Shown here one piece after another: positions 38,701 to 52,500 of a stretch of 64,000 nucleotides of DNA. The notes below the pieces were generated by a model. It saw nothing but the letters and a program-made list of their open reading frames with translations. It was not told the DNA's origin and did no database searches. The position numbers were made by a program, and so were the translations under genes. Numbering within the stretch: position 1 is the first letter of the stretch; each line of letters opens with the position of its first letter. The DNA comes from Chrysomallon squamiferum (lineage: Eukaryota; Animalia; Mollusca), in contig CM022670.1 of the NCBI GenBank assembly GCA_012295275.1, positions 25,358,001 through 25,422,000 of the forward strand, written 5' to 3'.

Positions 38701-41700
38701 GGTATTATTTGATAAGCTTTTATATATATATATATGCACCCACTAAGTACACATAATTATTTCATAAATGTATCAAATTAAAATAAGTAATTGATTTATT
38801 GACACATACTCACACATGTACACTCATAAATCCCCCCCCCAAAAAAAAAAAAATTGTTGTCAGAATGTTCTTTTCTTATGTTTTCTGATCTTGTCACAGA
38901 TTTCATTATTATTTGCATTTAAGATAGTATCTAATGCCATTCAGGGTCTCTTCCATAGAATATAAGGCCACCTTGGCAGATATCACCAAGATTTTGTAAC
39001 ATGATTTTTAGTTTCTAGTACAAGGCCAGTGAATACATTTTGTTATGATTCATAATGATCATTATGGTATGACACAGAGAAGCAGTGTCTGATCTTTTTT
39101 GGTTTTTGGAGTGAGTCAAAATAAATGTCTGCCCTTTTCTTGCTTTATATATGACAATCATAAAACACCAAGCATTATTATTCTCTTAACAAACCTGCAT
39201 AATCTTGTATCTACTAATTAAAGGGTTAAAGGAAATTTAGTCCAAAGTTTTCTTTTAGAATGTGGTCACTTTGTTTTTATATTACCTTTGTGATGAAAAT
39301 TCCTAATATAAATATGTCATTTACAAGACTGAAATATTTCTTTTATTGCTTGATAATCTTGTTGTTTTTTTTTTTTATTATATATAAATATATATTACTT
39401 TATAATATCATTTCAGCAATTGCCCATTTGATATTGAGTATGAGACATGTGTATTGGATCTTGACAAACCTTGGGAAGAGTTTGTGGTGAAGCGGTCTAT
39501 TAATCCAATATGTCACATTCTTTGGGATCCGAGTGGCAGCAAATTACTTATAGTTGACAGTGAAGGAACATTTGAAGTGTGGCATATGGAGGTAAAATAA
39601 TTGGAAATCAAAATGATACAGCAAAATGATAAAACATGTTTCTTGATTCATCTGTAAATGATCAACATTTTCCAGTGTTTAAAATCTTTTCAAGCCAAAT
39701 GCAGGAATATACATGAGGTGGAAGTAAATTACAGACTTAAAAAAATCATAATATTTCTAAAATTTATACTATTCATTAATGAGTTTACACATTTACCAAA
39801 AGAAATAACATACATGTTTTAATGAATACAGGCTCACCTGGTAAACAAATGGAGTGTTTTGCATAAGAGATGTGTAGTGGGGGAAGAAGTTCTAGCTCTG
39901 TCCTGGCTTCACAATGGTCTTCTCATTCCTTTCAATCCTGATAAACGTGAGTGCATCCTTTTTGGAGAGAAGTTTCCTCGAGCCAAATTCAGTCCAACAA
40001 TGGCTCACTTTGGAAGCAAGTCTTTAGATGGCTGGGTGGCAATCACTGCTACAGGACTTGTAAGTTTCTGTATTATTGCCTAATTTATTGTGATGTTTAT
40101 TTTGATTTATTGTTATATAAATACTGAATTCATTTTGTGGAGGTTTATTTTTGTAAACTTTAGAAACCAAATTTGAAGTTACAGTATTTGTCTTTTAATG
40201 TGTGTTTGTAACTGTGTGTAATGAAAAAGACATAGCTATTGGTAGATAACATTCTTATTAACCATTTTCATTTACAAGACTTACTGAAGTCCAGCCATTT
40301 AATATGCCAGTGTATTTCTAATCATAAATGTATAAACTATACTGGTATATTTTGTTTCAGATTTGTGTTGGCCTCATCTTGGAACCAGAAAAAACATTAC
40401 TTACTGTTGAGGAAAGCCTTGCTCCTTATCATTTACGGCTGTCAGAAGCTGATGTATCCTTCACAGGTACTGGTGAGATTATGATAGCCACTAGTGATGG
40501 GCTGATGTCCTCAACAATTCAGTGCTTTAAAGTGAAGTTATCACTGCAGCAAGGGCAGTGTGTGTTATTGTGTGAAGCCAGCGCAAGTCTGTACATGAAA
40601 AGTCAGATGGAATATGGTACAAATGATAGCCAAGCCTTACGAATAGTCAACCTCAGCTTTATGAATCATGAGAGCAGTGACACATTGCTGGTTACCTGTG
40701 GAGGCAAGGGATACAGTTGTATTGAAGTGTGGCAGTTGGTGGATCAGGCTTTATCTTTACATCGCATGTTCCAGAAACAGACAAACCAAGAAAAGGCTTA
40801 TAAGACACCAAAATGGATTCATACTTCGACTATTACCCATAATTCTACATTGACAAACATTGCCAAACCCATCATCCCTCTGACCAGAACATCCGTGGAT
40901 TCACAAGGCTTTGTATCATATTTCACTGCTGCCTACAAGGACGGTTCAATAAAAGTAATAAATAGATATTCTTATCAAGTGATCTTTGTATGCAGTCTGG
41001 ATTCTCTTGTAGGAATGCATATACCCAAGTCAGACAAAGATAAAATTTCTCGTGTTCCATACTTGTCAACAATTGTGCAGACCTGGACTGGATCTGGTCT
41101 GATTGGCATTAGTGGTAGCAGGGCATTTGTTTTCCAAGTGGTCAATACGAGAGACGGACCCATCCAGCTTATGCCTGGTGCACTGGTTCACTTGCTGGAG
41201 TACATAGTTAATACAGGAAATGACTGGTGGGATGTGCTGCTTATAATAAGTCCAGGTCAGTCTTATTTTATGAATGAATGAATGTTTAACAACTCAAATG
41301 TCTTATTTTATGTCAGGTTACCAGAAAATATGTTTTTATTTATAATATTGTCTAACATTATGGAGAGAAAACTACTTATAGAGACTCACTAATGCTTTGA
41401 ACTAATCCTTTGTAATGTTATTTATATTTTTTTAGGTATGATAGATAGGCTATGTCGGCGACTGTCAGAAGATTTTCAAAAACAACCAATCTCCATGCAG
41501 GAGCTGATGCGTGTGCGACTTGTAAGACTGAAGATTGGTTTGTACAGCTGTGTTCCTGGGGGTCACCAGAAGGCAGCTGATTGTCATGCTAAACTGTCAC
41601 TCTGTGCTATTGCATCTGTCCTAAAGGGCATGCTCCGTCCCAAAATTGTTTCTTCTACAGATAAAGTGAGTCTGTTAATTTGTTTTTAACTTCTTAATTT

Positions 41701-43079
41701 TGAAGGCAAACATTAGGTTTAAGAGCTAAAATTATAATAATTTTTTTAATATGAATACAAAAATATTCCTTGGAATTAATTTAATATATTGACAATTATT
41801 AAAGTATAATTTAATTAGACTTATTTTAGGCATATTTTCTGTAAATACCTTATTGAAAGTAAATATTATTTTATTAAATAAGATTTGACCATACAAACAA
41901 ATGAAGAAGTATATTGGACCAAACATAATGAATTTGAAAGGAAATATGTTGTTCTGTGATTTTAGAGTCCATCAGAAAAGCTGTCCAACATTTGTACAAC
42001 ACATCCTGACACAGATCTTGACAGTGTGCTTGCTAAACTGGACACAGAAGAGTTCATCACTGAGGCTATAAGGAAAGAAAAGACTGCACAGTCTGAGGGT
42101 CAGTTCTTGTTGACTATTTTCCCCGATTTGTTTTCTTTATTTAATTTCATCATTTCCTCAATGTTCATATCTGTTTCTTCAAACAGAACTTTTCAAAGAA
42201 TACTTTTTAATAGAATATGTTAAGTAACATGTTAATTATCTTGTCATCAGTTTTGTTATAAAAACAAGTAAATAAAAACCATGTTCTTCTTGTATAAAGA
42301 TGTAGCAGCTAAAACCTGATTTTCATATAGAAAACACACATTTAGAAATCTATTAAAACTCATTTTATTTATTTTATCCAGCAACTTTGCAATCACTCCA
42401 GCCTTTCACTCAGTGGGTAACTGACTTTGCTCTCCACTTGCTCACAGCAATTCCTCTGTATCGAACATACTCAGGTTTCCGTGGTGCTTCACTTTTGAAA
42501 GATGAACTTGTTCTTACAACTCTGAGAGAACTTATCATCATCATTAGAATCTGGGGTCTGGTCAATCCGGCCTGTCTTCCAAGCTTCTCATCCACTGCTC
42601 ACATTGACATCTTATCAGTAATCTACAAACTACTTACTCGTGTTTGGCTTTATAGTCAGGATGGAGGAAGCCTGGAATACAACGAAGGATTGATGGATGA
42701 ATGCTGTGAACTTCCAAACAAATTATCTATTCCAAATATGAAACAGACCTATGGGGAAGAGAACTGTAGTTATGCTCTGTTTGGTCAAGATTTCCCACAG
42801 ATATTCACTCTGGGTGTTGAACCCAGCTTTCTGGCAGTGACAAAACGAGAACGTTGCACATATGTACCTGATGGCATTGTAGACACAACACAAAAACATG
42901 ATGCTATCAGACATATTCATCTTGGTTCCAGATCACTGAATGGAGTGAGGGAATGTTGTAGATGTGGTGCTCTTTCACTAGCTAACACCACAGCAAAGAC
43001 TATGACGATGAAATCATGGGAACAGAGATTTGTCAAGACTTGTATGTGTGGTGGTCTCTGGAAACTTTGCAATACTTAA
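35737..43079 (+). CDS. MED16: Mediator of RNA polymerase II transcription subunit 16 (7 exons, ~834 aa)
   Basis: Exons: 35737-35882 (MEFVYSV...LSCRNILAF), 39417-39591 (LDLDKPWE...WDPSGSKLL), 39832-40059 (ALSWLHNG...FGEKFPRAKFSP...FGSKSLDGWVAITATGL), 40361-41255 (ADVSFTG...LLEY..TGNDWWDVL), 41436-41665, 41966-42098, 42382-43079 (LQSLQPFTQWVTDF...LRELIIIIRIWGL...RECCRCG...WEQRFVKTCMCGGLW). Phases are consistent and the motifs are diagnostic for MED16. Confidence 0.97.
37381..37586. repeat. Two-copy tandem duplication (~120-bp period) in MED16 intron 1
   Basis: TAATA(C/A)ATGCTGA(G/A)TACAACTTA(T/C)ATACAGCTAAA...GTTATTTGAAAATACAT begins at 37381 and again at 37501. Confidence 0.75.
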
Positions 43080-43999
43080 TCAAGTTTGTTAAAATTATTT
43101 GTCAAATAAAATCAAAAACTACAATCAAGTGATGAAAATATTTTTTACACATTCAGTTGTGTTGACTAATATTAGTTTAGGTGTAGTTTTCTAAACAAAA
43201 GTATCTTCATTTACATTTGTTCTAAATATGAAATATGTAGTAATTGATCTGTCAGTATAAATTATTGCCTTATTTACAACAAACTGCTGACATTTAATTC
43301 ACTGATAATGTATTAAGTTTCATAAATTATTTTGTTTGGCGGTTTACAACATTAGATAGGATACATTTTTCTGTTTGAAGATATTACATGCAGCTGAAAA
43401 CAACTGCTATTTATAATCTTGGCTGCAATAAAGCAAAATGCGTAACTAAAGTGGAATAGAACACACAGATTCTCTTTCATTACAAATATAATTTTATTAA
43501 TAGTCATGTAACAACAAACAAAATATCCTACATGTATCCAAATAAAAACCACAGCAAAATATTAAAATATATATTTTTTTATTTAGTAAGAATGAAAACA
43601 CCAATATCAGTTTAAAATGAAAAATACAAAATATATATAATGTACAAAATAATTTTTTAAAAAAGAAAAAAGTTGCATATAAAGTTTTGCTGCCATATCA
43701 CAAAATGACTAGTTTTAGATAATTTTGTGACCTCTCAGTTTAAATTATTTGCATATATATGTTAGAAAGTTACAATTACAGTGGTTGAATTCAGTGTGTT
43801 GCCTGCAACACAAGAAATAACAAAACATGAAATTGAATATCACCTGTTGTGATTTATTATTATTTCTATCCCTTCATCTGACTACATAGGATGATCACAT
43901 GTTACATTATAGTTTTTAATGTCAGTTTCTTGTTACAAAATTTTAATTTCACTAACAATAACAAGACAAATCACCGATGAGTTCCTTCTCTGTGAACAA

Positions 44000-44326
44000 T
44001 CACTTCATAGCTGATGAAACACTCTGATGATATCGTAACTGAACTTTAAAAATACCAGCACGCTCCTCTGTGAACCTTTTTTGTTTAAAAAATATTAAAT
44101 ATTATTGTATCACATAGATTACTGCTGATATGAAAAGGAATAATTATTTCACATTAAAATCAAAGTATTTTGTTGTTTCAGTGTTTTTACGATTGTTTTC
44201 TACAAAGAAATAACTATTATTTCATTCTGAACCTGAAATACTTTTGGCTATGATATGAAAAAAGAAAGAACAACTTCAAGATAAATTTTATATTTTTATA
44301 TATTGATTTATGATCCTTGATATGTA

Positions 44327-44390
<64 letters not shown>

Positions 44391-46479
44391 CATAAATTAA
44401 TAATTTAAAAAAATCAGTTCCTTTCAGTTAAGTATAGGTCTGGTAAAAAAATATATAGTCTTCCTCAAATTAAACAAACTTCAAAATTTAATGAATACTA
44501 TGAGGGCACTGGACATACAGTGACAGACAAGCCTAGTTTTACAAAAATATAAACCTGTATCCAGCAGTGGTTAAGTAGTTTGCAACAGCAGGGCGTATTT
44601 TGGCGACACCTCCCTGACTGTGACGTCCTGTGCCAGTAATAATCACTAAAATCTGTCTGTTTCGATCAGGTCGTTGTTGAAAATCTGTCAAAAGTAACAT
44701 CAACAATTTTGTTCACCATTAATATATTTCCCAGCTATCACAACTACATTCAAAACATAAATCACATCAAACTATAACATCTATTTATTTTTAATTTTTA
44801 AAAGCATTAGATTATTATTCTGGTAACTTTCTCAACTTGTTTCATAAATGGAGTGAGTTAATACTTATCACTATTGCTAAAGATACTGCAAAATTCGTTA
44901 TTTCTAAACATAATATACTATATAGTGTAAATTGTTAAATGTTACCCGCCTATAATTATTAACACAAATTGGCCCATGAAATTTAGATGCGTTGGCTGTT
45001 CAGGTTGTGCGGTTGTGTCAAGGAAAAGCTCCTTTAGTTTAATTTAATTGAAAGAATGTTGTTTATCCAGTAAATTTAACTTATGTTTATATTAAATGAT
45101 GACTGCTGTTTTACTATTACCAACCATTAAACCATTACTAGTAAATGTATTCTGATCGTTTATCATTATTCCAATTTTTTATTTCATTTTTATTTTTATT
45201 TTTTAAATCTCTATTTAATATTTAGCAACTTTTACAGAATATAATTTTTTTTTTAATTTACCAGTTTCTCTTTGTTTAAGAATTTGCTGCAAAGTAGAAA
45301 TGGCTTCAGTGACATGGAATCCATGAAGATCAAGAGTGTCACAATATTTCAAATCATCATTCCTAATAAATAAAATTTAAAAATTCTTAAAAAATTAACA
45401 ATTAAAATCAGAACTCCGTAAAATACTTATTTTCAAATGCATTAAATCTATAGAGTATATAAATTATAATTTAAATATTTTAATCATATAGTATGCATTC
45501 AAACATTCATATATGTTACTGTAAACAATAAGAAATGATTTAAAAATAAAACCTAAAATACGAATTTAAAAAAACAAAACAAATTAACAATAATTTAATA
45601 AACCAAGAATCATGATCCTAAATGTAAGAAGTGATAAATTTACTTTGTTAAATCTTGGTCTTGTATTTTTACCTGGATTCCAGAAGTTTCTGTGATGCTC
45701 TCATATGTGCTTCTTTGAGTTTTTCTGTATGCAAATGACCCTTAAAAAATAAATTTAAAAAAGAATATAATAATAATAAAATAATAATAATAATAATAAC
45801 ACCAAAAATAAAAATAAATAAATTAAAACAAACTTGACACAGTAAATATTTTAAAGTTATATTTTATATATTTATAGGGTTGGTTCAAAATAATTTAAAA
45901 TTATGATAGTTTAAAAAAAAGAAAAAGAAAACGATTAAAAAAATTCTAAATACTAATATGTGCAGAAAGTATGAAATTTGATAATCATTTGTAAGTCTTG
46001 ATCATACAAATACTAGAAAGGCAAAGACAAATTAGACGTAAAAACAACAAACAATTATAGAAAAATACAATTGTGCAGTTATAAGCTACTAAATCTCTAC
46101 CTGGATATATTTAAAAATTATAATTTTTCTTCTTTTGGGGAATTTAACAAACCAATTACAGGGCAGGGGTTGGAAGGGAATTGGAAATTTAACAAACAAG
46201 TTATAGGGTTGTGTTGGGAAGGGGAAATAATCTAATAGGTGCACTATAACAATTCATATTCACCTGCTGAGAATAGAAGCATGCCACGTCTTTCATGCCT
46301 CGATGATAGGCTTGCTGAGCCTTGCTAAAGCATTCATTTCTCAGTTTGTAATACAGGGTTCCCTCAGCTCGTAACTCTGCATATGATGGAAGGAAGTCTG
46401 ATTCATCATGTACATCCTGGAACTCTTTAGGCTTAAAAGTTTAAAACAGTGATGAGGTAAATAAAATGGAAAGAAGTAC

Positions 46480-46522
<43 letters not shown>

Positions 46523-49500
46523 TAACAATAATGATAACAATAATAATATCAACAATATTAAAACATACAAACAAACAAACACAAAAATAATAAAAAGTTA
46601 AAAAATAATAATAAAAAAAAGTTAAATAAATATATAAATAAAATAGCCAACAAAAACAATTAAAAGCAAAATTTTTAACTTCGATATTAGCTACTAGTAC
46701 TAATGAACATTTGTTTAACAATTGTTCTAAAAAGCTTGTATATTTATTGCATGCCATAAAGGTTTTGTGATAATGATACAAGATAAAATCCACTGAATGA
46801 ATTGATATTAGTAAGGCAGTTATCTTAGATGCTTTCCCAAAGTTAGGAAATATAATATTACCCCTGTTGTCTGTTCCACCACTTTATCATCAAATTCGGC
46901 ATCATTAGCAGCTGATGATTTTGCACTTTCTTTAACACCAAGAATATTCTGAATATTCTGTACACTGTCTTCTAAGCTGAAACTACAGTATGCAAATAAT
47001 ACTCAACTTTGGCTGAAGAAATATTTAAAAATGTTATGAGTTTAATAACAGTTCTAGATGGTGAGAGAGAGTATACAAATCAAAAATAAACAATACAAAA
47101 AAAAAAAAAAAAACCAAAAAAAAGAAGTAAATAAAAAAATAAATAATAAAAATAACATATCAATTACCGTATATACTTGTGTACAAGGCGACTGTATGTA
47201 TAAGTCGATGTGTATTTTAAGACCAAAAATTGCGTCATTTTAGGTATTACTTGTGTATAAGTCGACTGTAGATTCCAGGCACCGTCACTTTGTTTTCGAT
47301 TTGTCGGTAGTGGATATTAATGACGATTGCAATATTATTTCACCATTAGGACCGATATTTAGTGCAATTTGGCAGAGAAGTCTGCATTCCTAGATCATTG
47401 CAAGACGCCGTAAGGCATAACGCTGTACTGATGGTTTTTTCGCTTTAAAATGTATTTTCATGTCATTAAACGGAAGAATATCATGTTTTACATTCATATT
47501 TGATTTTGTTATTTAATTTTTCAAATTTTTTTATACGATAAAATTATATTTTTGAAAAGCTGAAAGACCACGATTATTTTAGATGCATCCCGTAGCAAAA
47601 AATAGTCAAAATGGCGACTCTTCAGCAACAGCTACAAAAGCATTACCTACGTATAAGTCGACCCCCAAAATATTACCTTAATATAGTCGCCCAAAAATTC
47701 GACTTATATACAGTAAAAATAAAAAATCTAGTCCTAATTGTTTTCCTAAACCATTTACTGCTGTATTAGGTTTTTCACAATTTGTTTGTTAATTAACTTT
47801 CAGCTGATCTATTTTATTGTCTAAATGATGTGTCTATCATTTTAGGAGACAACACAGTTATTCAATATTAATAATAAAATATCATAATTTTAATTTGTGT
47901 GTAATTTTTATATACATACCAATATACAGAAATTACCTATTAAATAGATTATTAAACAGATTATCAGTCTATTACAAAATCACTGTCAGTGAGATTTGGA
48001 GAAAAATAATTTTTAATAATTTTTAAGAATATTAAATTAAACAATGATTCGACACAAAGAGTAAATTAATGTATATTCTAAGGCATGTTAGATGACAGTG
48101 TAAAGTATCTAAAGAAACAATATATTAGCATGATGATAAATTTGCTCCCAGAAGGTAGACTGAAAATAATTACTATTAAAAATATTACCCGTTAGCTTGA
48201 AAAATCTCTTCTAAGAAATCCTCATCAACTCCAGGAAAACTGTTGTACAGCTTCTGCCTCTTCAGTTTTGTTACTACAGCAATGTAAGTGTTTGATTCCT
48301 CCAGATTTTGCTGAAAATATTTATAAAATCTTTTTGAAAGGTGTTATGGATAAAACAAATATTTAAAACAGGAAATGAACTCAGAGAAGCACTAAATAAA
48401 TAAAATTATTGTTTTATTATCATTTTTTATGTCGACACAATTACAATATGCAATGTTAAAAAGGAATCTTATCGAACTTTCTGACTGGTAGAATATTATA
48501 TTCATTTTAACTTTAATGTTGACTTCATGCAATAATATTACCCCTGTTGTCTGTTCCACCACTTTATCATCAAATTCGGCATCATTAGCAACTGATGATT
48601 TTGCCCTTTCTTTAACACCAAGAATATTCTGAATATTCTGTAGAGTGTCTTCTAAGCTGAAACTACAGTATGCAAATAATACTCAACTTTGGCTGAAGGA
48701 ATATTTAAAAATGTGATGAGTTTAATAACAGTTCTAGATAGAGAGAGAGTGTACAAAAATAAAAAATAAGCACTACAATAAACCACAAAAAGAAGTAAAT
48801 ACAAAAATAAATAATAAAAATAATATATCAATAAAAAATAAAAAATCTAGTACTAATTGTTTCCCTAAACCACTTACTGCTGTATTAGGTTTTTCACAAT
48901 TTGTTTGTTAATTAACTTTCAGCTGATCTATTTTATTGTCTACTTGATGTGTCTATCATTTTAGGAAACAACACAATTATTCAATATTAATAATAAAATA
49001 TCGTAATTTTAATTTGTGTGTAATTTTTATATACATACCAATATACAGAAATTACCTATTAAATAAATTATTAAACAGATTATCAGTCTATTACAAAATC
49101 ACTGTCAGTGAGATTTGGAGAAAAATAATGTTTAATAATTTTTAAGAATATTAAATTAAACAATGATTCGACACAAACAGTAAATTAATGTATCTTCTAA
49201 GGCATGTTAGATGATAGTGTAAAGTATCTAAAGAAACAATATATTAGCATGATGATAATTTATAACTTCTTCTTAATTAGACGATAAATTTGCTCCCAGA
49301 AGGTAGACTGAAAATAATTACTATTAAAAATATTACCCGTTAGCTTGAAAAATCTCTTCTAAGAAATTCTCATCAACTCCAGGAAAACTGTTGTACAGCT
49401 TCTGCCTCTTCAGTTTTGTTGCTACAGCAATGTAACTGTCTGATTCCTCCAGGAGTTTTTGCTGAAAATATTTATGAAATCTTTTTGAAAGGTGTAATGG

Positions 49501-52500
49501 AGAAAACAAATATTTAAAACATGAAATGAACACAGAGAAGCACTAAATAAATAAAATTATTGTTTTATTATAAAAAAAAATTTGTCGACAAAAGTACAAT
49601 GTTTAAAAAGGAATATTATTGAATTTTCTGACTGGAATATTATATTAATTTTAACTTTAATTTTGACTTCATGCAATAATACGTTGGCAATCTAAAAAAA
49701 AAAAAATAATAAATAAGAAAAATAATTTTATACCTTTTGCATTCAAAGCTTTCATTCAGTTCTTATGCAATAAACAGAACAACAATAAGAATAAATGTAT
49801 TTGATCAAAAAGAATTTTAGCATCAACAAAACTGTTAGTGAATAACAGCATGCTACACATTACTGACAGTTGTATTTAAAATAATGTGTTTCTGAACTTA
49901 ACTTTTAAGTAACAATAAAAATTAAAATTTAACAAAATTCAAAAAAAAGACAAAAAACAACCATTTTGTCTAGGTAATCACAACTGAAATGTAATACATT
50001 CATATGAACATGCATTTACAACAATTAAAAAGTTAAGTTTTATTTCTATTAATTATTATTATTTTGTTGTTGTTGTTGTATATAATACACAAATATAGAT
50101 GTTTGTTCAATGACAGCTTCACATTTAAACATATCTTTAGCTCAACATTAAAGAACATTTCAGCAGATTTGGATATATTAACCAAATTAAGCAAAAACAA
50201 AGACAAACCTACCCAATAAAAAGATAAATAAATAAATAAATTAAGAAAAAAAACAAAAAATGGAACTTCCAACAACAACCAATGTCCCTTTTTCTTTATC
50301 TTATGATAATCCCTGAAAGCATTCCTATTTAACTAGGAAGGCAAAGTAGTGCTGTTTTGGATGCTTTGTGACAATTAAGCAGTAAAATAACATTTAGAGC
50401 GAACATCAGGGTAAACATTATGATAGATATATGAGGATAGTTAAATAATAATTTATGACTGACTGTATTATGCACACCTACTCTTTATTCACTTTTATTC
50501 AAATAACCAGTTAATAATTATGTTGACAGAAATAGAATGAGTTTGCAACCAAAATACTGATGTCACAAAAGGGATTTTATTAACAGGATATATCTTTATA
50601 TCCATTAGGCATATAATTATTTTAATTTGAATATTATTATCTTTTTCTTTCTTAAATAACTGGAATTTGTACCAAAAACATTAATTACATACAGCCGATA
50701 TTTTAGAAACATCTAAACATACAATTTCAAAAATAAAATTCTCTAAACCTAGTATAAGAACTAATATACTTCAGCTGAACTTTTATGCTGAAATATCAGT
50801 TAATAAAACCGATAATAATGTTTCAGGGCAAGCTTTGAAATTACTTTCAAATCATAATCAGCATAGTTAAGATGTGTTTAGTCAGAGTGCAGTTTAATCA
50901 AATAATCCATGCATGCCAACATATAAAACTTGTATTATCCTTAAATATGAATAGAAAAAGAACCTTCAAATATCTGCCATTCGTTTCATTTCTAGACTGT
51001 CAATAAAAAGATAAGCAACTTTAATAGTTCATGTATAGTGGATATTTTCTTTAGAGGCAAGACATTATGTTTTCAAAAATCATGTCAAAATGGTGGATAA
51101 AAGGTGGAAAAACAACTGAAATAAGATTAACATTCTACACATTCATAGAGAAACAGAAAAAATATTTATAAAATTTTGAATTTGCAATGCTTTTGCCTTT
51201 GAATGTTGAATGTGTATACTGACAGTTATACTGGTTTTGAATTTATAAGCCATAATGACGTGATTTTTTTCAAATTCTAAAGATTAAATAAGATGCTCTA
51301 ACAATTAATAAAAGTTACAGAACAATTATATTATACCATCAAATATTACTCTATTATAAAGTTTCAGCTAAATGAATGTAATTAAAAATGATTCAGAAAT
51401 AACATTTCATTGTTAAAAAACATGAAGTTATCTGGATTTAAAAGTCAATATTTAATTTGCTGACGCTATTCTAAATTTAGGAAAGAAAATGTTGAAAGAA
51501 CCTGTTCTACTCTTAGTATGTGTTTGTCATTTTCCTCTTTTATGATGTCTTTAAGTTTCACAGGCTCCTTCATCTTGTGCTGCCATAAAGGTTCAACATC
51601 AATGTTATAAATGTCTTGTGTTGGAAGACGCTTAACACTACCTAACTTTTCTTCCTGCTGTAACTGCCTGGCCATGGCTTCATCTAATAAAATGAAGATA
51701 AAACACATGAATAACTTTTATTATGTGTAAAACATATGATTTTTGTGTATAGCCATGATGTTAAAGATAAATCTATTCATGTAACTTTGTTAGTTTTGAT
51801 TGTAAATTAACAGAAGGTATCTGTTTATCTTCCCACATGATGGAAGATATAAACTGTGACCATTGAATTTGATCCACAAATCATGGGGTAGTGACAGGAT
51901 TGGGAAATAGTCCAGTGGGTATACATAAAATATGGAAGGAATGAAAATTAAGAAGAAAAAGATATCAGATTCATTTTAGAAAGTATAATTAATTTTCATG
52001 AAAAAATTATTAATTAGGAAGAAAACAACAATATGATATTCTTTTATTAATAAGTTAATTTTGTATTTGTAGCATGTTTAAGAATATATTTAATAAGAAA
52101 AAAATAATAGCTGAAAATAATATAAAGCACAAACCCTCCTTCAGCTGCCTAAGAACACTTTTGCTCTGCATGCTTCTTTGTAAACAAGAGTGGATTAGTC
52201 TTGCTGTGTTAAGATCAAGAGAGACTTCAAATTCATCACTATCTAGAAGAAAAATAAAAACATCAATCAATTCAGATCTTAACATAGTTTCAGATTAAGA
52301 CATTTCATTTATTTTTAGTCTATTACTAATTATCTTTATTTAAGAATGATAAATCAGTACTGAGAACAATTTACTTTAAAAATAATAAGAATAGCCCATT
52401 TGAAATATCCTTTTCGTTTTATTATTTTTTTCAGTATTTTTATTTATTTGAAATATTGTTATTATTAATTTTTTTTAACCATTTCTAATTATTTTTAGAA

